This document shows positions 9,608-19,400 of a stretch of 45,759 bases of DNA, one piece after another. Made by a program: the position numbers and the translations under genes. Where the stretch lies: contig URMR01000001.1 in assembly GCA_900548935.1 (NCBI GenBank), positions 1-45,759 on the forward strand. Reading direction: 5' to 3'. Every line of letters begins with the position of its first letter. Position 1 is the first letter of the stretch. Source of the DNA: an uncultured Collinsella sp. GTDB taxonomy: Bacteria; Actinomycetota; Coriobacteriia; Coriobacteriales; Coriobacteriaceae. The notes below the pieces were generated by a model. The model did not search any database and had not been told where the DNA came from. It saw only the letters and a list, made by a program, of their open reading frames with translations.

Positions 9608-10702
9608 CTAAAACGCCTTCTCGTTCAAGAATTCCCTGAACGCGGGGATGTCAAAGCCAACGAGACCACGCCCGCGCTCTCCGATGACGCCGTCCTCCAG
9701 GAGGCGGCGTTTGTATTGGCTTGCGTAGTTGCTGGCGACGCCCATGCGTTTGGCTATCTCCGAGACCCTGCTGGGGCCAGAATCGGGCAGCATCGCCAAC
9801 AAGAATTCGATGTCTTTGTCAGAAAGCTCCCGATAGGTCGTTTCGAGAATTCGATCGCGTAGCTCCATACGGGCAAGCAGAGAGCCCTGCTGGACATCAG
9901 GTGCGCTGATTTTGGGCGAGTTCTCCGAAACATCCCATGTGCGATATCCGACGAGCTGCATCATGTAGGGGAATCCGTCGACGGCCTTCACGGCATCCTC
10001 GAGCGCTTCTGGCGTGATTGAGCGGCCTCCAGCCTCAACGGTTTTGCGGAATGCGTTTGCAATTTCAACGTCAGTGATTCGTTCTAACTGATGATATTGG
10101 GAACGCCTGAGGAACGAGACGGAATCGTTACGCAGCAACGCCGATACTTTGTAGGGCAGTCCTGCCATGAGTAGGGCAACTTTTTTACCTTCGCGTACAA
10201 AGTGCTGGTAAACAGAGGCAAATTGAAGCATTTCTTCGAGATCGACGGTGACTTCATCGATGGTGATGAGAAGTCCGATGTCATGTTTTTCGAGTTGCTT
10301 AAAGATGCCATTCATGCGTGTGCGCCAGTTGCCCTGGGCCTCTTGAGCATATGTCCAATCGATGCCCACTGGACCAATTTGAACGCCGTTTATGCGCGCG
10401 TGAGGCTGTGAGAGGTAGCTATCTGCGGCTTCTTTGGTTCGCTCGATAATATCTTCGAGCATGCCTGGCATGGCAGAGACATTTGCTGCGATCCAGCCGT
10501 GTTCAAGCGCCGTTTCTGAAAGGAGCGAGAGAAGCGCCGTCTTGCCCGTTCCCCTTGCGCCCGTAAAAATAGTCGACAGGTTTGGATCTCCCGGGCCGTT
10601 GATAAAGCCACGGTTGATGTCACGCAGGATATGCTCGCGACCCGCTAGAAAGGGAGGGACGCTTCCAAATGTTGGGGTAAAGGGGTTCTTGCTGTACTCC
10701 AT
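9608..10702 (-). CDS. AAA-family ATP-binding protein with C-terminal winged-helix
   Basis: NPFTPTFG start, Walker A GARGTGKT, Walker B ITIDEV, GFPYMMQLVG, C-terminal HTH (VSEIAKRMG...YKRRLLEDGVI); AAAGGAG RBS. Confidence 0.88.
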   Translation of the reverse strand: MEYSKNPFTPTFGSVPPFLAGREHILRDINRGFINGPGDPNLSTIFTGARGTGKTALLSLLSETALEHGWIAANVSAMPGMLEDIIERTKEAADSYLSQPHARINGVQIGPVGIDWTYAQEAQGNWRTRMNGIFKQLEKHDIGLLITIDEVTVDLEEMLQFASVYQHFVREGKKVALLMAGLPYKVSALLRNDSVSFLRRSQYHQLERITDVEIANAFRKTVEAGGRSITPEALEDAVKAVDGFPYMMQLVGYRTWDVSENSPKISAPDVQQGSLLARMELRDRILETTYRELSDKDIEFLLAMLPDSGPSRVSEIAKRMGVASNYASQYKRRLLEDGVIGERGRGLVGFDIPAFREFLNEKAF

Positions 10703-10711
10703 GGTAGCTCC

Positions 10712-10767
10712 TTTGCAAGTTTTGCTAATTTTTGCAACTTTTGCTAACTTCTGCAAGTCTTGCTAAC
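10712..10767. repeat. Imperfect tandem repeat (about 3 x 19 bp, TTGCAA/TTGCTAA alternation) upstream of the ATPase
   Basis: tttgcaagt tttgctaat ttttgcaact tttgctaact tctgcaagt cttgctaac. Confidence 0.75.
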
Positions 10768-10843
10768 GGCTTAACATGCCTTGTGCCGTGGGGTTGCAGG
10801 AGTGAAAAACGGGAATTCCTATTATTCCGACTACGTTGCAGCG

Positions 10844-10886
10844 AGCGGGGCCCGGAGCGCGATGTTGCTGCGCTTCGGGCCCCGCT
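10844..10886 (-). terminator. GC-rich hairpin downstream of topoisomerase A subunit
   Basis: AGCGGGGCCCGGAGCGC ... GCGCTTCGGGCCCCGCT. Confidence 0.6.
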
Positions 10887-10922
10887 GCTTTGTAAAACCA
10901 TGACGGTTTGGCTGCCGTCGTC

Positions 10923-13163
10923 CTAGTCAAACAAGCTCGGCATGTCGTTTTCTTTCATGAGGGCGCCGGCGGAGGGGAGGCTCTGCGTGGTGAACTTCTC
11001 GGCGGAGACGCCGGCGCCAAGGATTTCCTCGGTCGTGCCGACGGTGGTGACAGAGCGGCCCTTCTTGGCGGTAAAGGCCTGGACGCCCTGCGTGTTGGTG
11101 GTCGTCTTGGTCTTGAGCAGCGACGTGTTAAAGTTCATCAGGCGGTAGTCACTCGAGACCAGCGCGATGTCGCGATCCTCCTTGAGTACCTGGGCATATA
11201 GCAGCTTGCTGCCACCGTAGATGGCGTTCTTGAGGCGCTTGCGGTTGGTCTTGGTGACGTATCCGGCAAGTGCAACGCGCGCCACGCGGCCGTTCTCAAA
11301 GACAAACAGCACATCGGCCTTGTAGTCCTCGGGGTCGATGACCCAGATGACACTCTCGTCGGGTTCCATCTCAAGATCGGTCGGCAGGTACGAGCCCAGC
11401 TGGGCCGACTTGGTGTCCTCAAATGCTGCGACCTTGCACTTGTACACCTGGCTCTTGTTGGTAAAGACCAGCAGCTCGTGGGTGTTGGAGGACGGGAACT
11501 CGATAAAGGGTTTGTCGCCGTCCTTGTACTTGAGCGTGGTCGCCTTCTTGAGCACGCGGTCCGTCATCTTCTTAAGATAGCCATCGCGCGAGAGCATGAT
11601 GGTAACCGGGTACTCCTCGACCTCGGGCTCCAGGCTTACCTCGATGACCTCATGGGGTTCGATCCTGCCCGTGCGACGCGGCATCACATACTTCTTGTTG
11701 ACCGCTGCCAGCTCGTCGCTGATGACCTTCTTGATGTTCTCCTCGCTCGAGAGAATCTCCTCAAGCTCGGCAATCTCACCCTCGAGCTTAGCGATGTCCT
11801 TGGTGCGGTTGAGGATGTATTCCTCGTTGATGTTGCGGAGCTTAAGTTCGGCAACAAACTCGGCCTGGGTCTCGTCGATGTCGAAACCCTTCATAAGGTT
11901 GGGCACGACCTCGGCTTCGAGCTTGGTGCCGCGGATGATGGCGATGGCCTTGTCGATGTCGAGCAAAATCGCCTCGAGGCCGTGCAGCAGGTGCAGGCGC
12001 TCGGACTTTTTGCCCAGGTCAAAGTTAATGCGGCGGCATGTGGACTCAATACGCCACTTGACCCACTCGTGCAGAATCTGGCGCACGCCCATAACACGGG
12101 GATAGCCGTCGACCAGCACGTTGAAGTTGCACGAGAACGAATCCTGCAGCGTGGTCGAGCGATAGAGCTTGGCCATGAGCTTGTCGGGGTCGACGCCGCG
12201 CTTAAGGTCGATGGCGATGCGCAAGCCCGAGAGGTCGGTTTCGTCGCGGATGTCAGCGATCTCCTTGACCTTGCCCTCTTTGGAGAGCTTAACGATGCGC
12301 TCGATAATGACATCGGTCTTGGTGGTGTAGGGGATCTCGTAGACCTCGATGATGCGCTCTTCGGGAATCCAGCGCCAGCGGGAGCGGATCTGGAAGCTAC
12401 CAAGGCCGGTCTCGACGATCTTCTCCATTTCCTCGCGGCGGTAGATGATCTCGCCGCCGGTCGAGAAGTCGGGCATGGGCATGTACTCGAGCAGGTCGCA
12501 GTCGGGATCCTGCAGGTAGTGCATCGTGGCGGTGCAGACCTCGTTGAGGTTGAAGCCGCAGATGTCAGAAGCCATGGCGACGCCGATGCCCTTATTGGCC
12601 GAGACGAGGATATTGGGGAACGTGGTGGGCAGCAGGCGCGGCTCCTTCATGGCGCCGTCGTAGCTGTCAACGAAGTCGACCGGGTCCTTGTCGATGTCCT
12701 TGAAGATCTCGGCGCTGATGGGGGAGAGCTTGGCTTCGGTATAACGCGAGGCGGCGTAGCTCAGGTCGCCCGAATAGTACTTGCCAAAGTTGCCCTTCGA
12801 CTCAACGAACGGTGCGAGCAACGCCTCGTTGCCGGTTGCCAGGCGCACCATCGTCTCGTAGATCGCGGCATCGCCGTGCGGGTTGAGCTTCATGGTCTGG
12901 CCCACGATGTTGGCGCTCTTCTGGCGCTCGCCCTTGAGCAGACCCATCTTGTACATGGTGTAGAGCAGCTTGCGGTGCGAGGGCTTAAAGCCGTCGATCT
13001 CGGGGAACGCACGCGAGACGTTGACGCTCATGGCGTAGGGCATGTAGTTGACCTCGAGCGTCTGCGTGATCGGCTGGTCGGTGACCTCGGAGTGCAGGCC
13101 GATGACGTTCTCGGCGTTGACCTGCTTTTTCTTCGGCTGGTTCTTCGTCTTCTTCTTTGCCAC
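10923..13163 (-). CDS. Type IIA DNA topoisomerase subunit A (GyrA/ParC family, topo IV-like)
   Basis: YMPYAMSV, DGFKPSHRK, NPHGDAAIY, catalytic AASRYTEAKL, beta-pinwheel CTD without a recognisable GyrA box; GTG start with GAGG RBS. Confidence 0.93.
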   Translation of the reverse strand: MAKKKTKNQPKKKQVNAENVIGLHSEVTDQPITQTLEVNYMPYAMSVNVSRAFPEIDGFKPSHRKLLYTMYKMGLLKGERQKSANIVGQTMKLNPHGDAAIYETMVRLATGNEALLAPFVESKGNFGKYYSGDLSYAASRYTEAKLSPISAEIFKDIDKDPVDFVDSYDGAMKEPRLLPTTFPNILVSANKGIGVAMASDICGFNLNEVCTATMHYLQDPDCDLLEYMPMPDFSTGGEIIYRREEMEKIVETGLGSFQIRSRWRWIPEERIIEVYEIPYTTKTDVIIERIVKLSKEGKVKEIADIRDETDLSGLRIAIDLKRGVDPDKLMAKLYRSTTLQDSFSCNFNVLVDGYPRVMGVRQILHEWVKWRIESTCRRINFDLGKKSERLHLLHGLEAILLDIDKAIAIIRGTKLEAEVVPNLMKGFDIDETQAEFVAELKLRNINEEYILNRTKDIAKLEGEIAELEEILSSEENIKKVISDELAAVNKKYVMPRRTGRIEPHEVIEVSLEPEVEEYPVTIMLSRDGYLKKMTDRVLKKATTLKYKDGDKPFIEFPSSNTHELLVFTNKSQVYKCKVAAFEDTKSAQLGSYLPTDLEMEPDESVIWVIDPEDYKADVLFVFENGRVARVALAGYVTKTNRKRLKNAIYGGSKLLYAQVLKEDRDIALVSSDYRLMNFNTSLLKTKTTTNTQGVQAFTAKKGRSVTTVGTTEEILGAGVSAEKFTTQSLPSAGALMKENDMPSLFD

Positions 13164-13208
13164 GATTTCCTCTTGAACTTCTTATGGGCCGTCGTTATCG
13201 ATTTGCTG

Positions 13209-15206
13209 CTATTGCAGGTCCAGCTGGTCCAGGTATTCCTTGCCATGCTCGGAGATATGGCGCTTGCGGCCCGCCTCGTCGTTGCCCAGCAACAGGTTGA
13301 ACATGGTCTCCATCTTGGTGACGTCCTCGGGCTCCACCTTGATCAGGCGACGCGTCTCGGGGTTCATGGTGGTGAGCCACATCATGTCCGGATCGTTCTC
13401 ACCAAGACCCTTGGAGCGGTTGATGGAGCACTTCTGGTCGCCGATCTCCTTGAGGATGCCGTTCTTCTCGAGCTCGGTGTAGGCAAAGTAGGTCTTTTCT
13501 TTGCAGTTGATCTCGTAGAGCGGTGACTCGGCGATATACACGTAACCCTCGTCGATAAGTGTGGGCACTAGGCGGTAGAGCATGGTGAGCACGAGCGTAC
13601 GGATGTGATAACCGTCGACGTCGGCGTCCGTACAGATGATGACCTTGTTCCAGTTGAGGTTGTCCAGGTCAAAGGCACCAAGGTTCTTGATGCGCTTGTC
13701 CTTGATCTCCACGCCGCAGCCCAACACGCGCATGAGGTCCATGATGATGTCGGACTTAAAGATGCGCGGGTAGTCCTCCTTCAGGCAGTTGAGGATTTTG
13801 CCGCGGACGGGCATAACGCCCTGGAACTCGGCGTCGCGCGAGGTGCGAATGGCGCCTGCTGCCGAGTCGCCCTCTACGATGTAGATCTCGCGACGGCTCT
13901 TGTCCTTGGAACGGCAGTCGATGAACTTCTGCACGCGGTTGGCCATGTCGGTCTTCTGCTGCAGGTTGGTCTTGATGCTCTGACGCGTCTTCTCGGCGTT
14001 CTCGCGCGAGCGCTTGTTGATGAGCACCTGCTCCATGATCTTATTGGCAGCGTCCTTGTTCTCGATCAGGTAGGTCGAGAGGCGCTCCTTAAAGAAGGCA
14101 GTCATGGCCTGCTGGATAAAGCGGTTATTGATGGCCTTCTTGGTCTGGTTTTCGTAGGACGTCTGGGTGGAGAAGCAGTTGGTTACTAGTACCAGACAGT
14201 CCTGGACGTCTTGCCACTTAATGCCGCTCTCGTTTTTGTTGTATTTGCCCTGTTGCTTGATGTAGGCATCGATGGCGCTGGTGAGGGCGCTGCGGGCAGC
14301 CTTCTCGGGCGAGCCGCCGTTCTCGAGCCACGATGAGTTGTGGTAGTACTCCTGCATCGTGAAGGTGCGCGAGAAGCACATGCACGCGGTGATCTTTACG
14401 TTGTAGTCGGGCAGGTCCTCGCGATCGCGACCGCGACGGTCGGCCTCGATAAAGAAGGGCTCGGTGAGATAGTCGGTACCGACCTTTTCGAGCACGTAGT
14501 CCTCGATGCCCTTGGGATAGCAAAAATCCTCTTCGGAAAACTCGCCGTCGTCGCCCTCGATGCGCAGACGGAAGGTCACGTTGGCGTTGACCACGGCCTG
14601 GCGGCGCATGGTCTCGCGATACCAATCGTGGGGGATGCTGATGGAGGTAAAGACTTCAAGATCGGGGCGCCATTTGATGGTGGTGCCGGTGCGGTCCTCG
14701 TCGCTGGGCTCAATCTCGAGTGCCTTCTTTTTGGCGCCGACGACCTTGCCCTTCTTAAAGTGCAGGGAGTACTTGTTGCCGTCGCGCCAAACCGTGACGT
14801 CCATGTATTCGGAGGCGTACTGGGTCGCGCACGAGCCCAAGCCATTGGTGCCGAGTGAGAAGTCGTAGTCGCCGCCCTGGTTGTTATTGTATTTGCCGCC
14901 AGCGTAGAGCTCGCAGAAGACGAGCTCCCAGTTAAAGCGCTTCTCGGAAGGGTTCCAGTCGAGCGGGCAGCCACGGCCATTGTCCTCTACCTGAATAGAG
15001 CCATCGCGAAAGGCGGTAAGGGTGATGAGCTTGCCGTAGCCCTGGCGCGCCTCGTCAACGGCGTTGGACAGGATCTCGAAGGCGGCATGCGCGCAGCCGT
15101 CGAGCCCGTCCGAGCCAAAGATAACGGCGGGGCGCAGGCGTACGCGCTCCTCGTCCTTGAGCTGGCGGATACTGTCGTTACCATAGTTTGCGGTGTTTTT
15201 TGCCAT
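13209..15206 (-). CDS. Type IIA DNA topoisomerase subunit B (GyrB/ParE family)
   Basis: EILSNAVDE, VEDNGRG, TOPRIM motifs EGDSA, PVRGKILN and TDADVDG, KGLGE. Confidence 0.93.
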   Translation of the reverse strand: MAKNTANYGNDSIRQLKDEERVRLRPAVIFGSDGLDGCAHAAFEILSNAVDEARQGYGKLITLTAFRDGSIQVEDNGRGCPLDWNPSEKRFNWELVFCELYAGGKYNNNQGGDYDFSLGTNGLGSCATQYASEYMDVTVWRDGNKYSLHFKKGKVVGAKKKALEIEPSDEDRTGTTIKWRPDLEVFTSISIPHDWYRETMRRQAVVNANVTFRLRIEGDDGEFSEEDFCYPKGIEDYVLEKVGTDYLTEPFFIEADRRGRDREDLPDYNVKITACMCFSRTFTMQEYYHNSSWLENGGSPEKAARSALTSAIDAYIKQQGKYNKNESGIKWQDVQDCLVLVTNCFSTQTSYENQTKKAINNRFIQQAMTAFFKERLSTYLIENKDAANKIMEQVLINKRSRENAEKTRQSIKTNLQQKTDMANRVQKFIDCRSKDKSRREIYIVEGDSAAGAIRTSRDAEFQGVMPVRGKILNCLKEDYPRIFKSDIIMDLMRVLGCGVEIKDKRIKNLGAFDLDNLNWNKVIICTDADVDGYHIRTLVLTMLYRLVPTLIDEGYVYIAESPLYEINCKEKTYFAYTELEKNGILKEIGDQKCSINRSKGLGENDPDMMWLTTMNPETRRLIKVEPEDVTKMETMFNLLLGNDEAGRKRHISEHGKEYLDQLDLQ

Positions 15207-15294
15207 ACTCGCTCTCTCGGTGTTCCCTTGCTGCGTTTAAGTCATATAGATAGTCAAGTTAGCATAGCCCAGCCCTTGGGCGATTCCAACCAAC

Positions 15295-15371
15295 ACGAAA
15301 TCCATCGAACAATCGTTCGGAGTTCGATGGATTTCGTTTGCTCGGACAAAACCGAGTCGGTTTTGTCCGAG
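15295..15371. repeat. Two adjacent perfect palindromes (16-bp and 15-bp arms)
   Basis: ACGAAATCCATCGAAC-N11-GTTCGATGGATTTCGT (15295-15337) and CTCGGACAAAACCGA-G-TCGGTTTTGTCCGAG (15341-15371). Confidence 0.9.
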
Positions 15372-15524
15372 TAAGTTTGAATGGCGAATTGAAATTGGTA
15401 TGTCTGCATGGCGATGACAGACATGGTTTTCATAATGACATATATAGTTGGCATCTTCTGATGGATGCAATATATTTCTGTCATGTTGCAACGGATATCT
15501 GTCCATTACTACGAAAGGAACTCC

Positions 15525-15755
15525 ATGCCGGGCAAAAAGAACCTACGCATGAAGGCGGCGCGCGCGGCGGTTGGCCTTTCGCAAGCTGACTTGGCCGAGG
15601 CCGTGGGCGTTACGCGCCAGACTATCGGCCTAATCGAGGCGGGCGGCTATAACCCCACGCTCAATTTATGTGTGGCGATCTGCAAAGCGCTACGCGTTAC
15701 GTTGAACGATCTGTTTTGGGAAGACGGGATCGACGTCGACCCTAACGCTCTTTAG
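15525..15755 (+). CDS. XRE-family HTH transcriptional regulator
   Basis: LSQADLAEAVGVTRQTIGLIEAGGYNPTL; AAAGGA RBS before ATG 15525. Confidence 0.92.
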   Translation: MPGKKNLRMKAARAAVGLSQADLAEAVGVTRQTIGLIEAGGYNPTLNLCVAICKALRVTLNDLFWEDGIDVDPNAL

Positions 15756-15764
15756 GAGTTCGCT

Positions 15765-16349
15765 ATGAAATTTGAAGATTTAAAACTCGTGCAAAAGTGG
15801 CGTGAATATGCCGGCCCAAAGGATGAGCGCCTGGAGGCTGAGAGCGCGAAGATCTACAAGATTGGTTTCGTGCTGCTTTCGTTTGGCATGTTGATGATAT
15901 TTTTCTACCAGTTTATAGCTCGACAGGTTGCGTGGGTTCACAGCGACGCCAGTGAAATGCCGCATGGCTTTGCAACGCCGTTCGAGGCAGCCATGTATTT
16001 GTGGCTCGTTCTCGTGATGTTGATTTGCGCAGGACTGCAAACGCGGAAGGGCTATGTCGACACCAATCGTTTTGGGCAAACCGAGCATCTTCCTGTTGGA
16101 TATTTTCTGCTTCTCAGCGGTCTTAGCGGCGCCGCGTTCGCGCTTGTTATTGCCGCAATGCGTTGTATCGCTGAGGCGCAGATCGTACCGCTCGAAAGCG
16201 TCTTTTGGTTGGCGAATCTGGCCACGGGCGTGTTCTGCGGTGCGACGATTTTCGCGGCCACGTTTGCTGGCCTGTGCGCAACGTTTTTCACGGCGAAAAG
16301 ACGCCGTGCCAAGCTCGAGGCAGAACTCGACTCCACTGACGATATCTAA
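15765..16349 (+). CDS. Membrane protein (DUF6773-like)
   Basis: DERLE...KIYKIGF followed by four TM helices; typical partner of small XRE genes; AGGAG RBS. Confidence 0.7.
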   Translation: MKFEDLKLVQKWREYAGPKDERLEAESAKIYKIGFVLLSFGMLMIFFYQFIARQVAWVHSDASEMPHGFATPFEAAMYLWLVLVMLICAGLQTRKGYVDTNRFGQTEHLPVGYFLLLSGLSGAAFALVIAAMRCIAEAQIVPLESVFWLANLATGVFCGATIFAATFAGLCATFFTAKRRRAKLEAELDSTDDI

Positions 16350-16357
16350 TGCGCAAT

Positions 16358-16391
16358 GGGCTGGCTCTGGGTATCCAGAACCAGCCCTTTT
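16358..16391 (+). terminator. Terminator between convergent genes
   Basis: GGGCTGG-CTCTGG-gtat-CCAGAA-CCAGCCC-TTTT. Confidence 0.6.
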
Positions 16392-16438
16392 GGTGTTCGA
16401 TGAGCCGAGTCGGCGTCTCTCGCAAAGGTAACTGGGAG

Positions 16439-19400
16439 CTAGTGAGGCGTATCCGAATTGACCTCATCGGCGGTGTCGTTTTCGAGCGCCGTGCGGCGGG
16501 CGCTGTAGGCGACGAGGCCGGCGCCGGCTGCGGCGAGTGCTGCTGCGGCTGCCGTCAGGGGGACGTTGACATCGCCCGTGCCCGCAAGCGCGCCCGCTTT
16601 TCCGGAGCGCTTGTTATTGCCGTGGTCCTTGCCACTGCCGGAGCTGCTTCCGCCGGAGCTGCCTCCCGTGCCGGAACCGCCGCCACTCGAGCCGCCATCG
16701 CCATCCGCTGTCATCGGGGCGTCGTGAAGCCCTGTCGTATCCGCGCTGTCGCATACGCCGACCTGAACTTCTGAGCGTTCGCATGCCGCGTCGGGCACAT
16801 GAAGCTCGTGCAGTACGGCACCCAGCGCCGAGTTTGCGCCCGGTCGAATTTCCTCGAGCGTTACGGGATCGAGCGCCACCAGGTCGCGCGCCTTCGCATA
16901 CAGCGTTACGCGTTTGCCCACTTCGTCGCTCCAACTCTCGGGGATGGCGAAGCTCATGCGGAACTGTGCCGTGCAACCTGGTGCCAGCACGGCGTTGCCA
17001 CTGTCGGCTACCAGTGGGTGCGTTGCAAAACGTGCGCCCAGCGTCTCGAGCGCGTACTTCACGTGTGTCATGTCGTTGGCCGAAGCGTCCTCGGCAAGCT
17101 CTGGATCGTAGATCGATGCCATGCGTGTGTTCGCTCCGAACCCGATGGATGCGCTGGAGAACGGCTGGCTGGAGCCCTCTCGGTACAGATCGATCGTGCC
17201 GGCGGTCAGCAAGGTGTTGCCGTCGTTTCGCACCGTGACCATGAAGGATTCGCCTGCTGCTCCAGGCACCACCGCGCCCGAGGTAGCGACTGCGCCCGTC
17301 GGAGTGGCACACGCCACCAAGGGCACTTCGATGCTGTGCAGCTCTGCCTCGCTCTTCTCCGCGCTCACAATGTGCGTAGCGAGCGCGGAGAGCATGCTCC
17401 CCGACGTCAAAAATGTCGTTATCTGATCGACGGGATGGTCCAGCTCGCACATCACGAACGGCTCCGTAAACAGATCGCCTGCCAAGGTGCTGGCGAAGAT
17501 GCGGAAGTGCTTGCCCATCACTGCTACCGGGTTGCCTTCTTCGTCGTAGGTCTGTCCCACCTTGCCATCGGTGTTCTCTACATAGAGCACGCACCTGCCG
17601 TTGTTGCTTACGCTAAACGATGCCGGGCCACAGCCTGCGGCACCCACGGGCTGCGTTGCAAATGCCGATGCGCCTCGTGCCCAAGTAATATGCTGCAGTT
17701 GCTCGTTGACGGTAGCCAAAAAGCCCGTGTGCTGCGGCCACGGCACCGCGTGGGGTACTGTGGCATCTGGCGACATAACGCCCCAGCCCGCAATGGACTG
17801 GCCGATCACGGCGTACGGTGCACAGCCACAACCGCCTGCAGTCTCGTATGCAACGGGCACCACCATTTTGCCGTTGATATTCTCGGGCGCGCCGAGCTCG
17901 ATGCTCGACGGTGCTTGCGGAAAGCGGAGAACTTGGCGGAACGTCAGGCTGTCGCCCGAAACGTCCGACCATAGGGTAAAGCACTCCAGCGCAACCTCAG
18001 CCTCGCTGCCGAGCGCCTTTTCTGCGGTGGTTCCGCGGCGGTGGAGGTAGGCACCCGACAGGCGCCCGTCGACCAGCGTCTTGCCCACCGTGATACGCGG
18101 GCACTGCAGACAATGGTAGCCATCCTCCTGAAGGCGGCCGCGCGAGATGCTGCGCCATGACGTGTGCGATACCGCGCGGGTCTCGTCATTACTTATGCGC
18201 AGACGCACAACGGACAGTATGCCGGCTGTGCTTGCCGTATCGAAAAGGGTGTTGTCGCCGTTGGGGCGCTCGCCCGAGACCAGCAGCACGTAGGCGTCTT
18301 GGTTTCCCCTCCCGTCTGTATATTCCACCACGTCGAAGTCGTAATCGAATATGCCGCTGCGCTCCACGTCGCCCTCGCCAAACCCAAGGGGGAAGTCCAC
18401 GGGCGTGGGAGCGGACCACGTGCCGTTTGCCTTTGTGTGCACCACTAGGCGCGAGCGGCCATTGTCGCCGTAGCGCACCGAGGCGATACGGAACAGGCAT
18501 TCTACGCCGGCGATAATCGTCAGCTTCATGTGGGCTTCGCTGAGCACGCCAGTAAACAGCACGTTGTCGCTCGAGGGCTTGATGCCGCCACGCTCGTCCT
18601 CCGATACACCAGCAGAATTGGCGTTGGGGTCCGCAACGGCGTCCTTCGTCTGCCCGATATGGGTGTACGCATACATCGGCGCGGCGTTTTCGTCGTTTTC
18701 TATCAGTGCGTGGACGAAATGCTCGATCTGTCCCGTGTCGTCGCTTTCTGCATCTGCCTCGAGCTCAATGCGCGTGACCGACCGGTCCCAATCGCGTACG
18801 GTAGGCTCGACATTCCTTGCAGTGGCCATAACCTCAGCGCGTGCGAGCAGCTCGGCGTTGGTGACGATGGTGGCCGATGCGATAAATTGCGGCACGCCGC
18901 CCGCCTCGATGTTGCCGGGCATGCCGAAGCGGGCATCCAGCGTGTAAGGCGTATCTCCACCCAATGCGAGCTCAGAGCGCTGGAGCACATACTGGTTGCC
19001 ATTGTTCACCGACATATTCCACGAATCGAGGAGTGTGGGCCACGACCCCGACCAAGCCTTGGTGGTCCACTTGAACATTACGAACTGGAGTATCACATCG
19101 ACATCGACGTCTGCACCCACGCGCAGCCGCGGAAGCTGGTGCCCGTCCGCCTTCTCGTACCCAATGAACAGGGTGAGGGATGCGGCGCCACGCACGGCAG
19201 ACGAGGCGACGCCTGCAACGCCGGCGCCAAAGGTGACGGCAAGCCCGATCTGGATAGTGAATGAGCCCGAGGTGTTTGAATAGTCGAGCGAAATGTTCTT
19301 GAAAAACGCCGCGCCGCTGCCGTGCGTGTGGGCACCCACGGCGAGCGCCAGCTTCGCCAGCACCCAGGGGTTGACGTTTAGGAAAAACGGTACCGGTCCT

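Noticed and set aside
10712..10767. Possible plasmid iterons or CRISPR repeats
   Set aside because: Short degenerate units without spacers and no Rep gene; better explained as an operator array
3012..10900. Intact prophage, ICE or IS
   Set aside because: No integrase, transposase, relaxase or phage structural gene recognised, and no att-like direct repeats seen
11478..13526. 682-aa ORF on the + strand
   Set aside because: Antisense shadow of the topoisomerase genes, typical of high-GC codon bias; no motifs or RBS
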